DNA of 64,000 bases from Mobula hypostoma (Eukaryota): positions 79,238,001-79,302,000 of the forward strand of contig NC_086108.1 of assembly GCF_963921235.1 (NCBI RefSeq), in the 5' to 3' direction. Under the pieces are notes generated by a model. The model did no database searches, had not been told where the DNA came from, and was given only the letters and a program-made list of their open reading frames with translations. The translations under genes and the position numbers were made by a program. Position 1 is the first letter of the stretch. The number at the start of each line of letters is the position of its first letter. Below are positions 26,813-38,768 of the stretch, in pieces.

Positions 26813-27318
26813 ATATATGGGTGAAATGGCTTCCCTGCCTCAACTTTCTCTTACCTTTATAATCTGTTAGATTTTTAAGAAAAAGTTTGTCATCCTATCA
26901 TTACATTTTGCATTTTCCAACTATTTCCCCTACCTTATCTGACAATGGTTTTGCCCAATGTTGGCTTTTATTTGGATTTCAAAGTAAAAATGTTCTTGTC
27001 GTTTTTGTTTCAATGGTTATTGGTGATTACTGCCGCACTGGCATGGTGCCACCATCACAAAATCCATCCTACTTGGTTTCATTTTTGTAATAGGCTCCAT
27101 CCTATGATGCAATCTCCCTGTAGCTTTTATGAATGGAAGGCATCTACTGCAGGATATATTGTTTAGGATCATGATTGATTCAAACAGCTCCTCCTGCCTT
27201 CCCCTTGCCCTACTCCCAAGAAAAACAGATCCACACGTTCTCTGGTCCTGACTCTGCAGCTGTTCTGTGATCTGTGTGTGTTGTCTCAGCCTCAGGTGGT
27301 GGATACTGAGGTACTCAC

Positions 27319-27398
27319 CCAGGGCACTCCAACGAGCTTTCATCACCGGGTTGCTGTCCACGACATTTTAAAGTGTTCTTCAACGTCTTTGATAATCA
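27319..27398 (-). other. candidate first coding exon (MKARWSAL + phase-1 donor)
   Basis: ATG at 27343; consensus donor TGG|GTGAGT; plausible acceptor tctttaattaacag; CpG-retaining unique sequence. Confidence 0.45.
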
Positions 27399-27642
27399 CT
27401 GTTAATTAAAGACAGTTAAAATATATTTACATAATTAATTAAACTGATTTTAAATTTTAAATGAAACTATAAAGCAAAAAACTGCAGATGCTGCAAAGGG
27501 AATAAAATTCAAATGTAAATTTATCTGAAAATGTGAACGTTATTTATGTGGAATTATTGTTGGAAATTAAATTTAAACATTGTTAAATAAAACAAAAAAA
27601 AATTTCCTGCACCAAGCTTTCAATCTAAGCTAGTGATCTTAC

Positions 27643-27850
27643 AAATGAAAAGAAATGAACCGCAGATGCCAGCCATCTCTGTTGTGGATTTGGGGGAATG
27701 GATGCAAGATCCATCTGGGTCCTTGGCAAGTGTGACCCTCACTCCAGTGCAGAGAGCAGCGGTGGTTCAGGAGCTCAGGAATGCCTGCAAGGAACCATCA
27801 GATCCTTTCGAACTTAGTCTGGGACACTGACACACACATTAGTTACCATC
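27643..27850 (-). other. candidate upstream 5' exon
   Basis: GC-richer unique sequence ending in TTT|GTAAGA; contains ATG (27676) for MAGICGSFLFI; 5' boundary unknown. Confidence 0.3.
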
Positions 27851-28433
27851 AATTTCCTGTCTGCTAGTGAGTAGCAAACCCAGCCCGTCAAGTTTGGTGA
27901 TCGATAAGTTAGCAAGAGTTTCAGTAATGAACAATAATTTATTCAACACTTTGGCTACACTGATGTTCTGGTAAGGAAAGGTATGCTAGAATTTGATACC
28001 CAGTCTGTACTAAGGTAGCCAGTTTTAAATTTAAAGTGGAAGTCATTCATTGTCTTTGGCCTCAATGAGAAAGAACAAAAAAAGGACGAAGCCAGGTATA
28101 AAATTTATTGAAGAAAGGAAATGCTGTTAATTTTGTATTTCTGTGTGCATATATAGTGACCCTGATATGAAAGGAATGTTGTGAGATGCACTTACTATAC
28201 AGCAATGTGAAATTATCACGGGAAGCTGGCGTAAATAGAGTCGTAGAGCCATAGAGAGCAGAACCAGACCCTTAAGCCATCTATTGTACATATTGACACT
28301 AATCTCATTTGCCCGCATTAGCTCTGTAGCCCTCTATGCCTAGGCAATTTGAGTACTTGTCTAGATGCTTCTCAAACATTGTGAGAGTATCTGTCTCCAA
28401 CTCCTCCTCAGGCAGCACATTCCAGACTTCTGC

Positions 28434-28681
28434 TGTTACGTTTTGTAACCTCAGCACATTAAGCTAATTCAAAGGAAGACACAGCAGTCCAGGAGTGCAG
28501 GTCTAACTTCCCGTTTACTTTTAAGCAATGTGCAGATGTGGTAGCGTGATGAGGTATGCAAATCATGTATTTTTACATATAACTGGTAATTAATTATTTA
28601 AACAAACAGGGATGCTAAATCGAACAATATACTGTATATACAAGATTACTCAAATATTATTGCAATATTAAATACACAACA
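28434..28681 (-). repeat. 3' LTR of RBM25-carrying Gypsy element
   Basis: TGTTG...TAACA termini directly after a purine tract; homologous to 34548-34778. Confidence 0.8.
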
Positions 28682-28915
28682 CTCCTCTCAGCATAGCTAT
28701 AAACTCCAACTTAATAGAGAATGTATCAACTATATAAACAGTACTCTATATACTACAACTACTATATGCAAACTTCCACACCATAGTAAATTTTAAAGCG
28801 TCCCATTCAGGCCCAAGTGGCTGTGAAACAATCCCAGGTTCTGGGGCCTCCTCCATGGTGCTTGTAGGAGTTGATTATGAGCCTGCAGGAAGTGGCTCTG
28901 AAATTGGTAGCCACC

Positions 28916-29463
28916 TTTCTCCTTACATTTTCTTCTTCTAGTTCGCACATTCTGATCTTGGGAAGATGCATTTAGTTCACTGGAATGTTTCTCTTATTAA
29001 TTCTTCTATTGCTCCCTTTATGATCTGATCTTTCCACATCCACAACATCATCTGATGAATCCTCTGTTTTTGTATCTCCATTGACTCCCTTATTTTTGGC
29101 CGTCCATTCACCTCCTGGGCTTTTATCTTTGCATTTAATTTTACAGGCAGCTTTTTGTCACTCACTTGAAGTTCATGCAATAACCTTAATGCATGCAAAG
29201 CAGATTCTGGTTCTTTATATTCACAAAAGCCAGATGCTTGCAACTTTCCCAAAATTCCTTGAACTTGCTTTGAGCTTAAAACCAAGCTGCATTTTGCGAG
29301 TAAGTGCCTGATTAATGTACCAGAAGCTTTCTCAGATATGTTGCCTACAAAAGCTTTTGTAGTGAAGCCATTGCTTTCATCACTTTCATGATTTCAGAGC
29401 AACGTGGTCCTTCCTTTGTTCAATATGCTTTCAAACCAGAGGCACAAATGTTGGCACCAACAC
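28916..29463 (-). pseudogene. RBM25: processed RBM25 fragment (RRM and following region), with stops and frameshifts
   Basis: VLVPT...RKDH...FVGNISEKASGTLIRHLLAKCSLVLSSKQVQGILGKLQASGFCEYKEPESALHALRLLHELQVSDKKL...DQIIKGAIEELIRE...SSELNA matches vertebrate RBM25 as recalled; no introns. Confidence 0.93.
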
Positions 29464-30698
29464 CTCTTTGTCCTCTGTTGGGCAACGGTTCATAGTGTTC
29501 GGCATGAAGACATTTGAGGCATCATCCAGTACCTCTCTTAATTCACTTTTATTTGGTTTCATGGCAGGCGTCATGGGATGGAAATAGTGGATGAGTCCCC
29601 AATCAAGTTGTAGATGTCTCAGCCAATCACATCCCCACAATGCTGGTCCTGCTGTTTTTACTACATACAAGCTCAATGTGGTTTGTTGGTTGTTGTATTT
29701 CACTGTTACGAATGTCATTCCCACAGGAGTTATCTTTTCTCCAGTACAAGTTGTCATTTGGATATCAGCAGGCTTTAGTTTGGTATCTTTGAAATATCAT
29801 TGAAATCCTTTTTGTGGAATGACTGGGGCAGCTGAGCTAGTGTCCAATTTTATTTTAATTCATTTGCCATTCACTTCTGGTGTAAGCCATATCTCTTCTC
29901 TCCTGTTAGTTTTCACATTGTAAATCCTAAGGCTAGCTAGTCCTGTGTCACTCTCATCATAATCAGATTTTTCATCAACAGCATGCAGATTAGTGCTCTT
30001 TTTGAAACTGCAACTTGACTTTTTAGCTTTTTCTCTTCCCTGCACAGTCCATTTATTTTTGTCTGCAAAATGCGCTTTGTATGTGCCCTGCTTTGTTGCA
30101 GTTTCTGCAAGTTTTGCTCTTAAATCTGCATTGGCTTGATGTATGTGAGACCCTGCAACAACGACAACACAATTTGCTTGGCCAGTCTGGTTTCTGTTTA
30201 GATGCTGCTCATCCTTGTCTGCAACTCAATTCTGTTTGCAGTTTCCATTGAAACAGTGATTCAACTGCTGTTTTAAATGTGAGCTGTGCTTTAGTTAGGA
30301 GCTATTTTTGAATGCTTTCTTGTAAAATTCCACAAACTAAACAATTTCTCAGTGCATCGTAAAGCCCGTCACTGTATTTTCTTTTCAGGACTGCAAAAGA
30401 GCATTGTTGGCTCTTTCTTGGCAAGCTTTAGGTAGGCCCACGTTTTCAAAACTGTTTTTTATTTTACCTATGACCTTTCACTTAGAATACTGCTTATCTG
30501 AGACCTGCATGGGTATTGTACAGCATCGCACAGCAAATTACAATGGTAAAGGAGTACAATTTTGACTTTTTATTGGTTAAATTATGCTGCTTTTGAATAG
30601 ATGTGAGATCAACTGACTGCCTCAAATGGTAAAATGGAAGCCTTGGCATTTGTGACCAAAAATCACTCAGTTTGTACATTTGATGAATAGATTTTTTT

Positions 30699-30779
30699 TT
30701 CATGTGATGAGCACACTGGAGGTTGAAGCAGATGATGAAGACATAGAAGCCCAAAGCAGTGTGCTGTTTTCTGATGGAG
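30699..30779 (+). ncRNA. C/D-box snoRNA-like motif (unverified)
   Basis: C box GTGATGA 30704-30710, D' TTGA 30723-30726, C' ATGATGA 30732-30738, D box CTGA 30771-30774, weak terminal stem. Confidence 0.25.
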
Positions 30780-32211
30780 AATATACTGGAAGCATATCAC
30801 ACATGGGCAAATGCTCTACAAGATTCCTTCTTTACCGATGCTACGCAAAAACTGAAATTACTGTAGTCTAAAGCCATGTGATATAGCTGAAAGCTTTATG
30901 TTTAGGACAACTGCCAGAAAGAGGGCTTCATTAAAGAAACAATCTTGTATTTTGATGGCTTTTTAGATAATGTCATGCGCATCAGTGTTGTGTGGATTGG
31001 GAGACAAACAAATTCAGTTAAAGCTATTGAATATAAATATGAGCATTTGAATTTGTGTCTAAAATTGCTGTGTTGATGGAAATTACACCAAATAATGCCA
31101 GAGAATTTTGTCCACTACAATCCTCAGCCATAGCAAAGCCTTGGGGTCACTAACGCAAGTACAAAGCATTCCATTGAGGCCACTGAATTCAGTCAATTTC
31201 ATTGCAGTGGATACCAAACACCATATTATTGACTGTTTAGAGCAAAAAAGTGCCACAGCTGTCAAAAGAGGGACATTTTAATCATCTGCAGGCACGTCAC
31301 CAAAATAACAAAAGGTATTTCAGCAGCAAATCAAGATGGCATAGAAAGGAAGAGTTTAGAGTTTAGAAGTTCATCATACATTAGGAAGGGGAAGTCTACA
31401 ATATCCATGTCACAATGGTACAGACAAATGGATTTCAAGTGAAAGTTGCTAGCAGCCACTGGATTATGATGTGCATTAATACAGCCATAGATCGTTCAAT
31501 AATGAGTAAAGGAGTTCTTTCTGGTAAGTTCAACAAAGTGCAACAATAAGTGAATGCTCTAAAAGCTTTCTTTAGTGAGGTTCCACAAACCTTTGAGTAA
31601 TGGAGTGCATCGTCCAAGGTGATAACTTTATCTGCCATCCTTTTCTTCCTTTTCCTTATTTTTTTGTATGGTCTGGTCTGCTGGGCATGTCCATCATCCC
31701 TGACAATACAACATTGCACAAACTCTGCAACACCAACAGCACATTATACAGACAACGAAGCTTAATCTGATCCTACTCTTCCTGCTGTTTATTTGCCACA
31801 TTATTCCACCTATCACTTCACTCACCATTCTCTGCTATCTGGACTAACTTGTCTCTCTCTTTTTCGTTCCTGTTATTGGGTCTCAGACCTGAAACGTTAT
31901 CTGTCTTTTCTTTCCACAGATACTGTCTAACCTTTCTGAGTTTTCTCAGCATTTTCTGTGTTTGTGTCAGATTTCCAGTATCTGCATTTTTTTGTATTTT
32001 CTTGTAATGATAACAATTGCTACTTTGAAAGAAAAGATCTTGGGTGAACCTCAAACTGAAAACACGGGACAGATTCAAATGAAAGTATTTGGAGGAAGCT
32101 TTGCTTATTGATGCTTTCTGAGAATGACTTTGAGTCTTTGGGACACAAATGCCGTATTGGTTGGCATTATAATAACGAGCAACCGAATACTACACTGCAG
32201 TCACCATCATG

Positions 32212-32700
32212 GCAACACACACAACATGCTGGAGGAACCCAGCAATCAGACATCATTTACAGAGGGAAATAAACATTCGCTATTTCTGGCCGAGACCCTT
32301 CATCAGGATTGCAAAGGAAAGGAGAAGAAGCTAGAACATGAAGATGGGGGGGGGGCGGTGGGTAGGAAGGAATACAACCTGGTAGGTGAAAGGTGAAACT
32401 AGGTGAAGGGGAAGGTGCATGAGTGAGGGAGGGAAGTAAGAAGCTGGGAGGTGATAGGTGAAAGATGTGAGGGGCTGAAGAAGAAGCAATCTAATAGACC
32501 ATGGAAGAAAAGGAAGAGGAAGAGCATCAGAGGGAGGATATGGGGAAATGGTCAGGTGAGGAGAAGAGAAGGGGTGCGACAAGAACCAGAATGAGGAATG
32601 GAAAAAGAGAGAAGGGGGAATGGAGAGGAATTGTCAGAAGTTAGAGAAATCGATGCTTATGCCATCGGGTTGGAGGTTACTCAGACGGAACATGAGCTAT
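32212..32700 (-). mobile_element. Penelope-like element 3' remnant
   Basis: Minus strand FRLSNLQPDGISIDFSNF, pyrimidine-rich UTR, degenerate CTGATGA...GAAA near 32280-32310. Confidence 0.75.
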
Positions 32701-33734
32701 TACAACCATTGAATAGCACAGTAATTTTACCATCATAGACTTCTCTGCAGAATTTCATGACAAGTGGAATGGCAATTTCCAGGCGTTGGCTGGTACCCAT
32801 TCAAGGGAGATTGAAATGAAATGCATGGATTCACACAAACATACCAAAATGGAATGGTATCAGACATTCTCTCATTCTTTCATATCATAAGGCTTAAATA
32901 GAGCACTTAAGAGGCAGAGTAGTTAAACAAGCTCGAAAGAAACAAGAGCTGCAGGGCTTTTCAAACTCAGCATGAAAAATTATTAGACCAATGTCTTCCC
33001 GAAGTACAAAACAACTCTGCACTCTACCACTGGACACACACTTCCAAAAACTTTGAGGAAGAAATAATTGTGAATCCTTTTGTGCTTTATTCAGCCAATA
33101 AGGTCAAATTGAGCAGTTGAGGCAAAGGCATATGGCACTAATCAGAAAGAATTGAGCATCAAACAAAATGAGTGAGTTTGTGTTTTTAACCCACCAAGCA
33201 ACTTGTACTCGTGCACGTGGGAGGTAGCAACCAGAGTGGAGCTTTGTGGAATTATGGGTTAAGTGATGACAAAACCTGGTGTTCATGAGGTACAAATGAT
33301 CTCCTCAGAGATGAACTCACTCAATCCTGAAGTTGTGTTTGAACTGAACCCAGTGCAGACCCTGGGAAGTGAAGCACTAGATTCAGACAGGTCTAACAAA
33401 AAAGTCCAATCCAGAACCAAACAGTCTCGAACTTGTGTAACACAATATTGGATCCTGGTGCTTTTCTAATCTTGAGGTTTGAAAATTACAAATGACTCAT
33501 AAAACTTGTTGGTTACTGCCATTTTATTAAGTGTTATAAGAAAAATATAAACAAAGAGTAGGAAAAAGAAAAGGCATGGTTATCCTGACCAAAAAAAATG
33601 GCTCTGATTGAAAATGGAACAACATTCCAGTGATAACTATTAACCTATAAAATAGCCAGATTCAAGTGGCATGACAATTAATACAGAAAAAAATAGGGAA
33701 GCAACTATACTACAGTCCCTCCAAGAGGACCACA

Positions 33735-34080
33735 ACCTTGCTGTACCGTTTGGAGGCTCAATGACTCAGAGAGCTATGTTGGCTGGAGTCAGGGCTTCAT
33801 GCTTTGGCCCTTGGTAGGGTCACCCATGCCAAACAGGTCAAAGGGTAGAGGCCAGACTAAGAGTGGTCCACCAATCTCCCAGGTTCAAGGGTTCAGCTCA
33901 GGGCTAACAATCCTGACTGGCAAAAGAAAACTGTTATGGAAATAGCAATGAGGAATCCTTCTGCATCTAAGTGTGCCAGTATTCCTGAGTCTCCTCTGGG
34001 GCTTGCATGACTGACAGTCATGAAAAATGAGCTGCTGACACGATGAAGGAAGCCGTGAACACTGCCAGATGAAGAGGACC
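33735..34080 (+). mobile_element. RTE-clade (Expander/Rex3-like) 5' UTR-derived repeat
   Basis: ggtagggtcacccatgccaaacaggtcaaaggg...ggccagact resembles RTE 5' UTRs as recalled. Confidence 0.5.
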
Positions 34081-34243
34081 TTCCTTGCACAACAGGCAGT
34101 GGAGTATACTACAATTATTGGAAAATTCACTGAACAATTACACATATATAGATAATTATATAAAAATACAAGCAAGCAGGAAAGTTAAATTCCCAGAAAA
34201 ATAAGAGAATAATTACACTTCTACACCCTAATCTAGAGACAAC

Positions 34244-34778
34244 GAACCACTTCCTGTGGTCTCAGAGTCAATGCCTACACTCACCACAGAGGAGTCCCCA
34301 GACCTGACATTGTTTCACAGCCACAAGTCTCGCCTGGCAAGCAGAGTGATCCTCTTTGACAGGAAAGATGTTATCCCACAAGAGTAAGAAATCCTCCACG
34401 GTGATTAAATGTTTAGGCCTGAATGGGACAATTTAAAACCTACCATGCTGTGAATTCTGCACATAGTTGCATTATATAGTATACACTGTGTATATTGCTG
34501 ATGCATTCTTTATTGAGTTGGACTTAATAACTAGGGAGAGAGAGGAGCATTGTATATTTAATATTTCAGTATTATTTGAGTAATCTTATATATATTGTTT
34601 GATTAAGCATTCTTGTTTGTTTTAATAATTCATTATGAGTTACATGTAATACTACGTGAATAACATGCATCATCATGTTACCAAGCGATACGTGGTCACC
34701 TCAGTAAAAGCAAACTCAAAGTTAAGCCCATATTCCTGGACTCCCGTATCCTCCTTTGAATTAGTTAAAACAACAACC
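34244..34778 (+). mobile_element. Gypsy 3' end (integrase tail, PPT, LTR), same family as 28434-30375
   Basis: Shares ccacttcctg...tttcacagccac...ggcctgaatgggac and LTR sequence; PPT agggagagagaggag at 34533-34547. Confidence 0.8.
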
Positions 34779-35252
34779 TGTTTGTGAAATCCCTATAAAT
34801 TGACAACTGGACAAGATTGATACTGTAGTTGTTCATTAAATATGTTAAATTGATACTTATAGCTAATGCATGTTTAAGCAGAGAAATATTGTCCTCTCTG
34901 TACCATGCCTGTGTTTCTATTATGACCCTGTATGGACATGCGAACCATGTGATGTGTCTATCTTGTAGTGTAACATGGATGTGGGTAGTTTGGCAGCTAA
35001 AACTTAACAGGCAAATAGGTTATATCAGCTGTCTTGCAAATTAGCATCGCATCTTTGGAAATTATGGTGCATATCATTGCATTTGAAAATATCAATACAA
35101 GAGTCTTCAGGTGGTAATAGAATAGAACTGGATTAAGTTCTAGTCTTTTCCATGGCACAAGAGCAAAATTTTAGGTTCACAAGTGAATGTTTAATTTGAC
35201 AAAGCACGGAATGATTCTAATTACCCAAGAATGTACTGTAGTCAGTAGTTTT

Positions 35253-35270
35253 CAGCGCCCTCTGGCGAAG
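35253..35270 (-). promoter_or_regulatory. CTCF-binding motif
   Basis: Minus strand TCGCCAGAGGGCGCTG matches the CTCF core; CpGs kept in AT-rich unique DNA. Confidence 0.55.
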
Positions 35271-37329
35271 AAGTAAGAACATAAACTTTAAAAGAAATTT
35301 AAATGTAGATGTTTTGAAGCCGATTGGTGAATGAAAAATACTTCCCTTCTATTTTTTTCCCAATCGTAATATCCACCAGCTGTAGTTATATTAAAACTTG
35401 CCTGGCAGATCGCAATCATTAGCACCAAATTTCCTGTGCAGTAACAAAAGTACAATTCACTCCGCTTCTGACATTTGCTGCTATTGGCTTCAGAAGGAAC
35501 TTCAGAATACTTATTTTTTGTATAATGATGTGTTTGGTACTCTAGACTGGAGATGAATTTCTGGGCAGTTAGGTGGTACAGATGTCTACACAAAGTAAAA
35601 TTGCAACTAGATAATTCAATGTACTTTATTGGCGACTTCATAAAACATCCTTTGCTATAGTTACATTGTATTTCCATAAGCCAAATCAGAAGCCCTTATA
35701 GGTTCTTAGTAAAATTACCAAATCAGAGTACAGTTTGGGCTTGAGATGTACACTTATTAGCAGAAACATATGTAGTACATATATGTACATATAGTATATA
35801 TACCGCCGTCCAATACTTATATCTCCATGACTTAGGCTGCAAGCATTCAGATTTTGTGCAATATGTTATCCCCTGGCCTTTGTGCCAATTTTTCCCTTTG
35901 CTTTCTCTGTGCTTTAGGGTAATTGGACAATTGTATATGTGATATGATTGCAAAGAGACCTGTTTCATTTTCCGTTAGTGAGAATCTGTGGGATTGGAGT
36001 GCAATGCCACTTACATGCTCTTACTTGGACTGTAATGTGTCCCTAATAGGAATGCTGCACATGGACTCCCTGATTCATATATCACTGCAACAGGAGTACA
36101 AAAGTTATCTACGCTAGTGTGGGATCATTGCAGTGCGGAAAATTAAAGCAAGATAGCTACAGCAGGGTGCTTGTTGATTGCATTGGTTAAAATAATGTAC
36201 TTCCTCCCCGGAGCCGGGGTTGAGTCCTGCACAAAATGATAGCTATTCTATTTTCAAAGTAATGACTTGGAAGGAAAGAAAATCAAAACTGCTGATAATT
36301 TAGGGATCTTGCATAAAAATACAACACCGATAGCTATTGCATTAAATTGCAATGATATATGGGAAGATATATTCCCAATGTAAAGCTTTTATTGTGACAT
36401 CAAAAATAGTGAAAAGTGCAAGTCCCACTTGCATTCGCAAAGACACTTGGTCATTGGCAAAGTATCAAGCTCTTACTGATGCTGAAGCAATATTCAGGGA
36501 TATTCTGCAGGCTCAGATGCTCTCCACATCTTGCCAACACTGACTTATCCTTGAACCTTCAAGAACATGCCTGTAACCAAAATGGAATCACAATGTCAAT
36601 TAACACACAAAGTGGTGGAGGATCTCAGTGAGTCAAAGTACAAAGTTCAAAGTAAATTTTATTATCAAAGTACATTTATATCACCACATGCAACCCCGAG
36701 ATTCATTTTCCCGTGAGCATACTCAGCAGATCTATAGAATAGTAACTATAACAGGATCAAAGAGAGATCGGCCAGAGTGCAGAAGACATCATACTGAGTC
36801 AAGCAGCATATTTTGGGTCATGGCACTTCATCTGGCCAGTCCCCTGCCTGACCTGCTGAGTCCCTCCAACGTGCTGTATATTGCTCCTGATCCTAGCATC
36901 TGGAATCTGGAGCAACACACAAAGTGCCTCTAACAATATAAATTGTCTGGATAGAACACTCTTCTGGGATGGGTAACATATGTAACAGCTGCCTTTTCAG
37001 GCACATTAAACATGCCAGAGAACCATGCCACAGGGGCACACAGTGGCACAGCCCCCAAGCTTGCCCACACAACCTTATGAAAGTCCCTTCTGCTTCTCAA
37101 ATGAGCAGTCTCTACTCAGGATCTGCTTCTAAACAGTAGTCCTCACTGAGGCTGGTGACTAAATAAAACCTCTCTCCTCACCAACTCTCACTGACAGAAA
37201 GGGAGTACAATATCTCAATGTGCAGTTGTGGTTGACCAGCAGGGGACCCTCCTGACGTTATACTGACAACACCTTGATCTATCCCCCTCAGTCACTGCTG
37301 TCAGAAGCCACACTATCGCTAAGGCTGGA

Positions 37330-37665
37330 CTCACAGATCATTCAGCACAGGAGCAGGATCTTTGACCCAGTGAGACTGCACTGACCACCAACTATCCATT
37401 TATACCAATCCTATACTAGTCCCATTTTTCATCCTCCCCACTTTTTCAACACTCCCTTCAGATTCTATCACTCATCTATATACTAGGAATGAATTCATTT
37501 ACTGATCCACTTGCTTTTGGGATTTGGTTGAAAACTGCAGCACCCAGATGCACTCCACACAGCCACAGGGAGAAGGATTAAATTCAACGCAGGCTGCACC
37601 TAAGGTCAGGAATGAACCAACGTCTCTGGCATTGAATCTGTGGCTCTACTAGCTTGCCACACTGC
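37330..37665 (-). mobile_element. old V-SINE/HE1-like SINE
   Basis: Reverse-complement tRNA-like head near 37600-37665, V-domain-like body, CR1-like tail. Confidence 0.5.
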
Positions 37666-38504
37666 TACGTTATAAATCTTTGATGATCTCCGCTTTATGA
37701 AACAAGGCTTCATCTATTTCTTCATCTGTCTCCGGGATTCTGGGGAATCAAGATGATCCCCTGGGGGAGCTGTTCATTCGATTCAGTTTCAAACACGCCA
37801 TCTACAGTAACACCCCTACTATTACCAGTAATGCAGTGAAGACTATAACGTGGACGCACAAAATTGGACTCCGGCATCTGCGCCAACGTGGTAGCACAAT
37901 TCGAGGTTCAGCATCCAGACTGTCAACCACTGCAGTGGTCTGCTCTACCTTCCTTGACCTGACCATCAAGTGAGCTGTGACCAACCAAGATGGAACAAGG
38001 GGAAGCTCTGAGGGTATGACAGCTGGAACAACAGGGAAAGGGAAGAAAGGTGAGGGACACCGCAAAGCAGCGGGCACCTGTGATGGAGACAGAGGGGAAG
38101 AGGAGGAGAAGAGAAGAAGCAACAGCTTCTCAGTGTGTTGTCGGGAACTGTGTTAGCAAACATGAGAAATGCTGTGGATGTAATGAAGAAATGTTAAGTT
38201 GAGACTAACATTGTGAGATATCTTTTTTTAGCTAGCACTGAGGTGAATATTGATTCAATTGGAGACCTTACTCACACCCTCCTGTTGATAGGGTCTTTGT
38301 AATCGCTTCGAATAAAAGACGCTCCACTTGATACAATCACAGGCCCCTTTCAGTAAACTTGAGAGCTTGGTCCCTGCCCTTTAGAATCAATGGCAAGAGC
38401 TTTTCAATACAGTCTACTGTTTCTGCAGCGTAGGAACCCTATGGTATAAGATACAGTATTATAGTTTCCCTCTTAACACACACAATGAACATACATAGGA
38501 ACCT

Positions 38505-38768
38505 CTCATATCCCTTTTGCCAATCAACTGTCCAGCGCTTGGCTCCATCCCTCCCCCTCCTGTCTTCTCCTATCATTTCAGATCTCCCCCTCCCCCTCCC
38601 ACTTTCAAATCTCTTACTATCTCTTCTTTCAGTTAGTCCTGACGAATGGTCTCGGCCCGAAACATCAACTGTACCTCTTCCTAAAGATGCTGCCTGGCCT
38701 GCTGCGTTCACCAGCAACTTTCATGTGTGTTGCTTGAAATTCCAGCATCTGCAGATTCTCTCATGTTC
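38505..38768 (+). mobile_element. Penelope-like terminal-repeat insert
   Basis: Near-identical to 2310-2537; TSD aggaacct at 38497-38504 and 38769-38776; hammerhead motif partly mutated. Confidence 0.8.

Larger units (their letters stand above)
28434..30375 (-). mobile_element. Gypsy LTR retrotransposon, 5'-truncated, internally deleted, carrying an RBM25 fragment
   Basis: gag (DALRNCLVCGILQESIQK, CCHC remnants), protease region (TGEKITPVG...GPALWGCDWL), integrase tail, PPT ctgagaggag, 3' LTR. Confidence 0.88.

Noticed and set aside
27643..27676. MAGICGSFLFI resembling the IgLON MGVCGYLFL leader
   Set aside because: Too short, and the rest of the conserved leader is absent
28977..29285. Functional RBM25 exon or gene
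   Set aside because: Intronless, has stops and frameshifts, lacks both ends, and sits inside a Gypsy element
31080..31720. Possible ancient transposase or coding remnant
   Set aside because: Only vague similarity; no diagnostic motif or TIR
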